From: Octopus vulgaris
Taxonomy: Eukaryota
Assembly: GCA_951406725.2 (NCBI GenBank)
Contig: OX597827.1
Location: 78,740,001 to 78,804,000 of the forward strand
Length of the DNA: 64,000 nucleotides
Reading direction: 5' to 3'
Both the position numbers and the translations under genes were made by a program. Positions 63,587 to 64,000 of this stretch are shown one piece after another (position 1 is the stretch's first letter; each line of letters begins with the position of its first letter). The notes under the pieces were generated by a model. The model saw only the letters and a program-made list of their open reading frames with translations, searched no databases and was not told where the DNA came from.

Positions 63587-64000
63587 TCGTGTATCCCTTC
63601 TTCACAATCACAAACTTACCTGTGATGCAGTAAATTAGCATGTGTTGTGTCCTCTCTCTCCACATTTTCTACCGCTACTATTGTGGCCTCTGCTCTTCAG
63701 AGTTGACTGATCTTGTGCTACTCCTACTCAGGCAATTCTGACTCGTTCGTCCCCCCCCCCCCCGTCATCCCTCTGGAATCCTCCCTGTGTCCATGTTTTA
63801 CCTACGACTGTCATCTTGCAATTTTTCAAGAGCCGCATTAAGCACATTTATTTCACTGGTGTCAGTGAACCCGCGAAGCCCTAACCCGCTTCCTTCAGAC
63901 CAAACCCCCCTCTCTCCCCCACTCACACACACAAACTCTCTAACTCTCATCACAGTCACAAGCTACTTGAAGCATGGCCATCTCACTGTGTCTTCAAATA

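Overview
This is AT-rich, repeat-dense eukaryotic DNA. It is probably a coleoid cephalopod such as Octopus, an inference from the SINE families, the microsatellite load and the intron-free C2H2 arrays. Only two convincing protein-coding genes are present, both C2H2 zinc-finger genes with the whole CDS in one exon, pointing away from each other: 11801-13279 (-, 14 tandem fingers plus one N-terminal C2HC finger) and 60503-63586 (+, 15 fingers). The rest is non-coding. It holds three tRNA-headed SINE families, an RTE-tail repeat, decayed LINEs (CR1/L2-like, RTE-like and RLE-type), a Penelope-like GIY-YIG remnant, Tc1/mariner relics, Helitron-like elements, MITEs and a ~5 kb purine-pyrimidine satellite block. 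Most short ORFs in the track are microsatellite or antisense artefacts. The best leads are: minimal hammerhead-ribozyme motifs in a dispersed repeat; a 4-finger periodic recognition code and Cys/His-less fossil fingers in the large ZNF; a near-identical stray copy of one finger downstream of the small ZNF; AG|GTAAAT back-to-back splice sites and a donor-masking hairpin upstream of the small ZNF; a MULE-like MITE with octamer plus CCAAT motifs in both TIRs; and a CTCF-like site between the genes. Everything was read by eye, so repeat boundaries are approximate.
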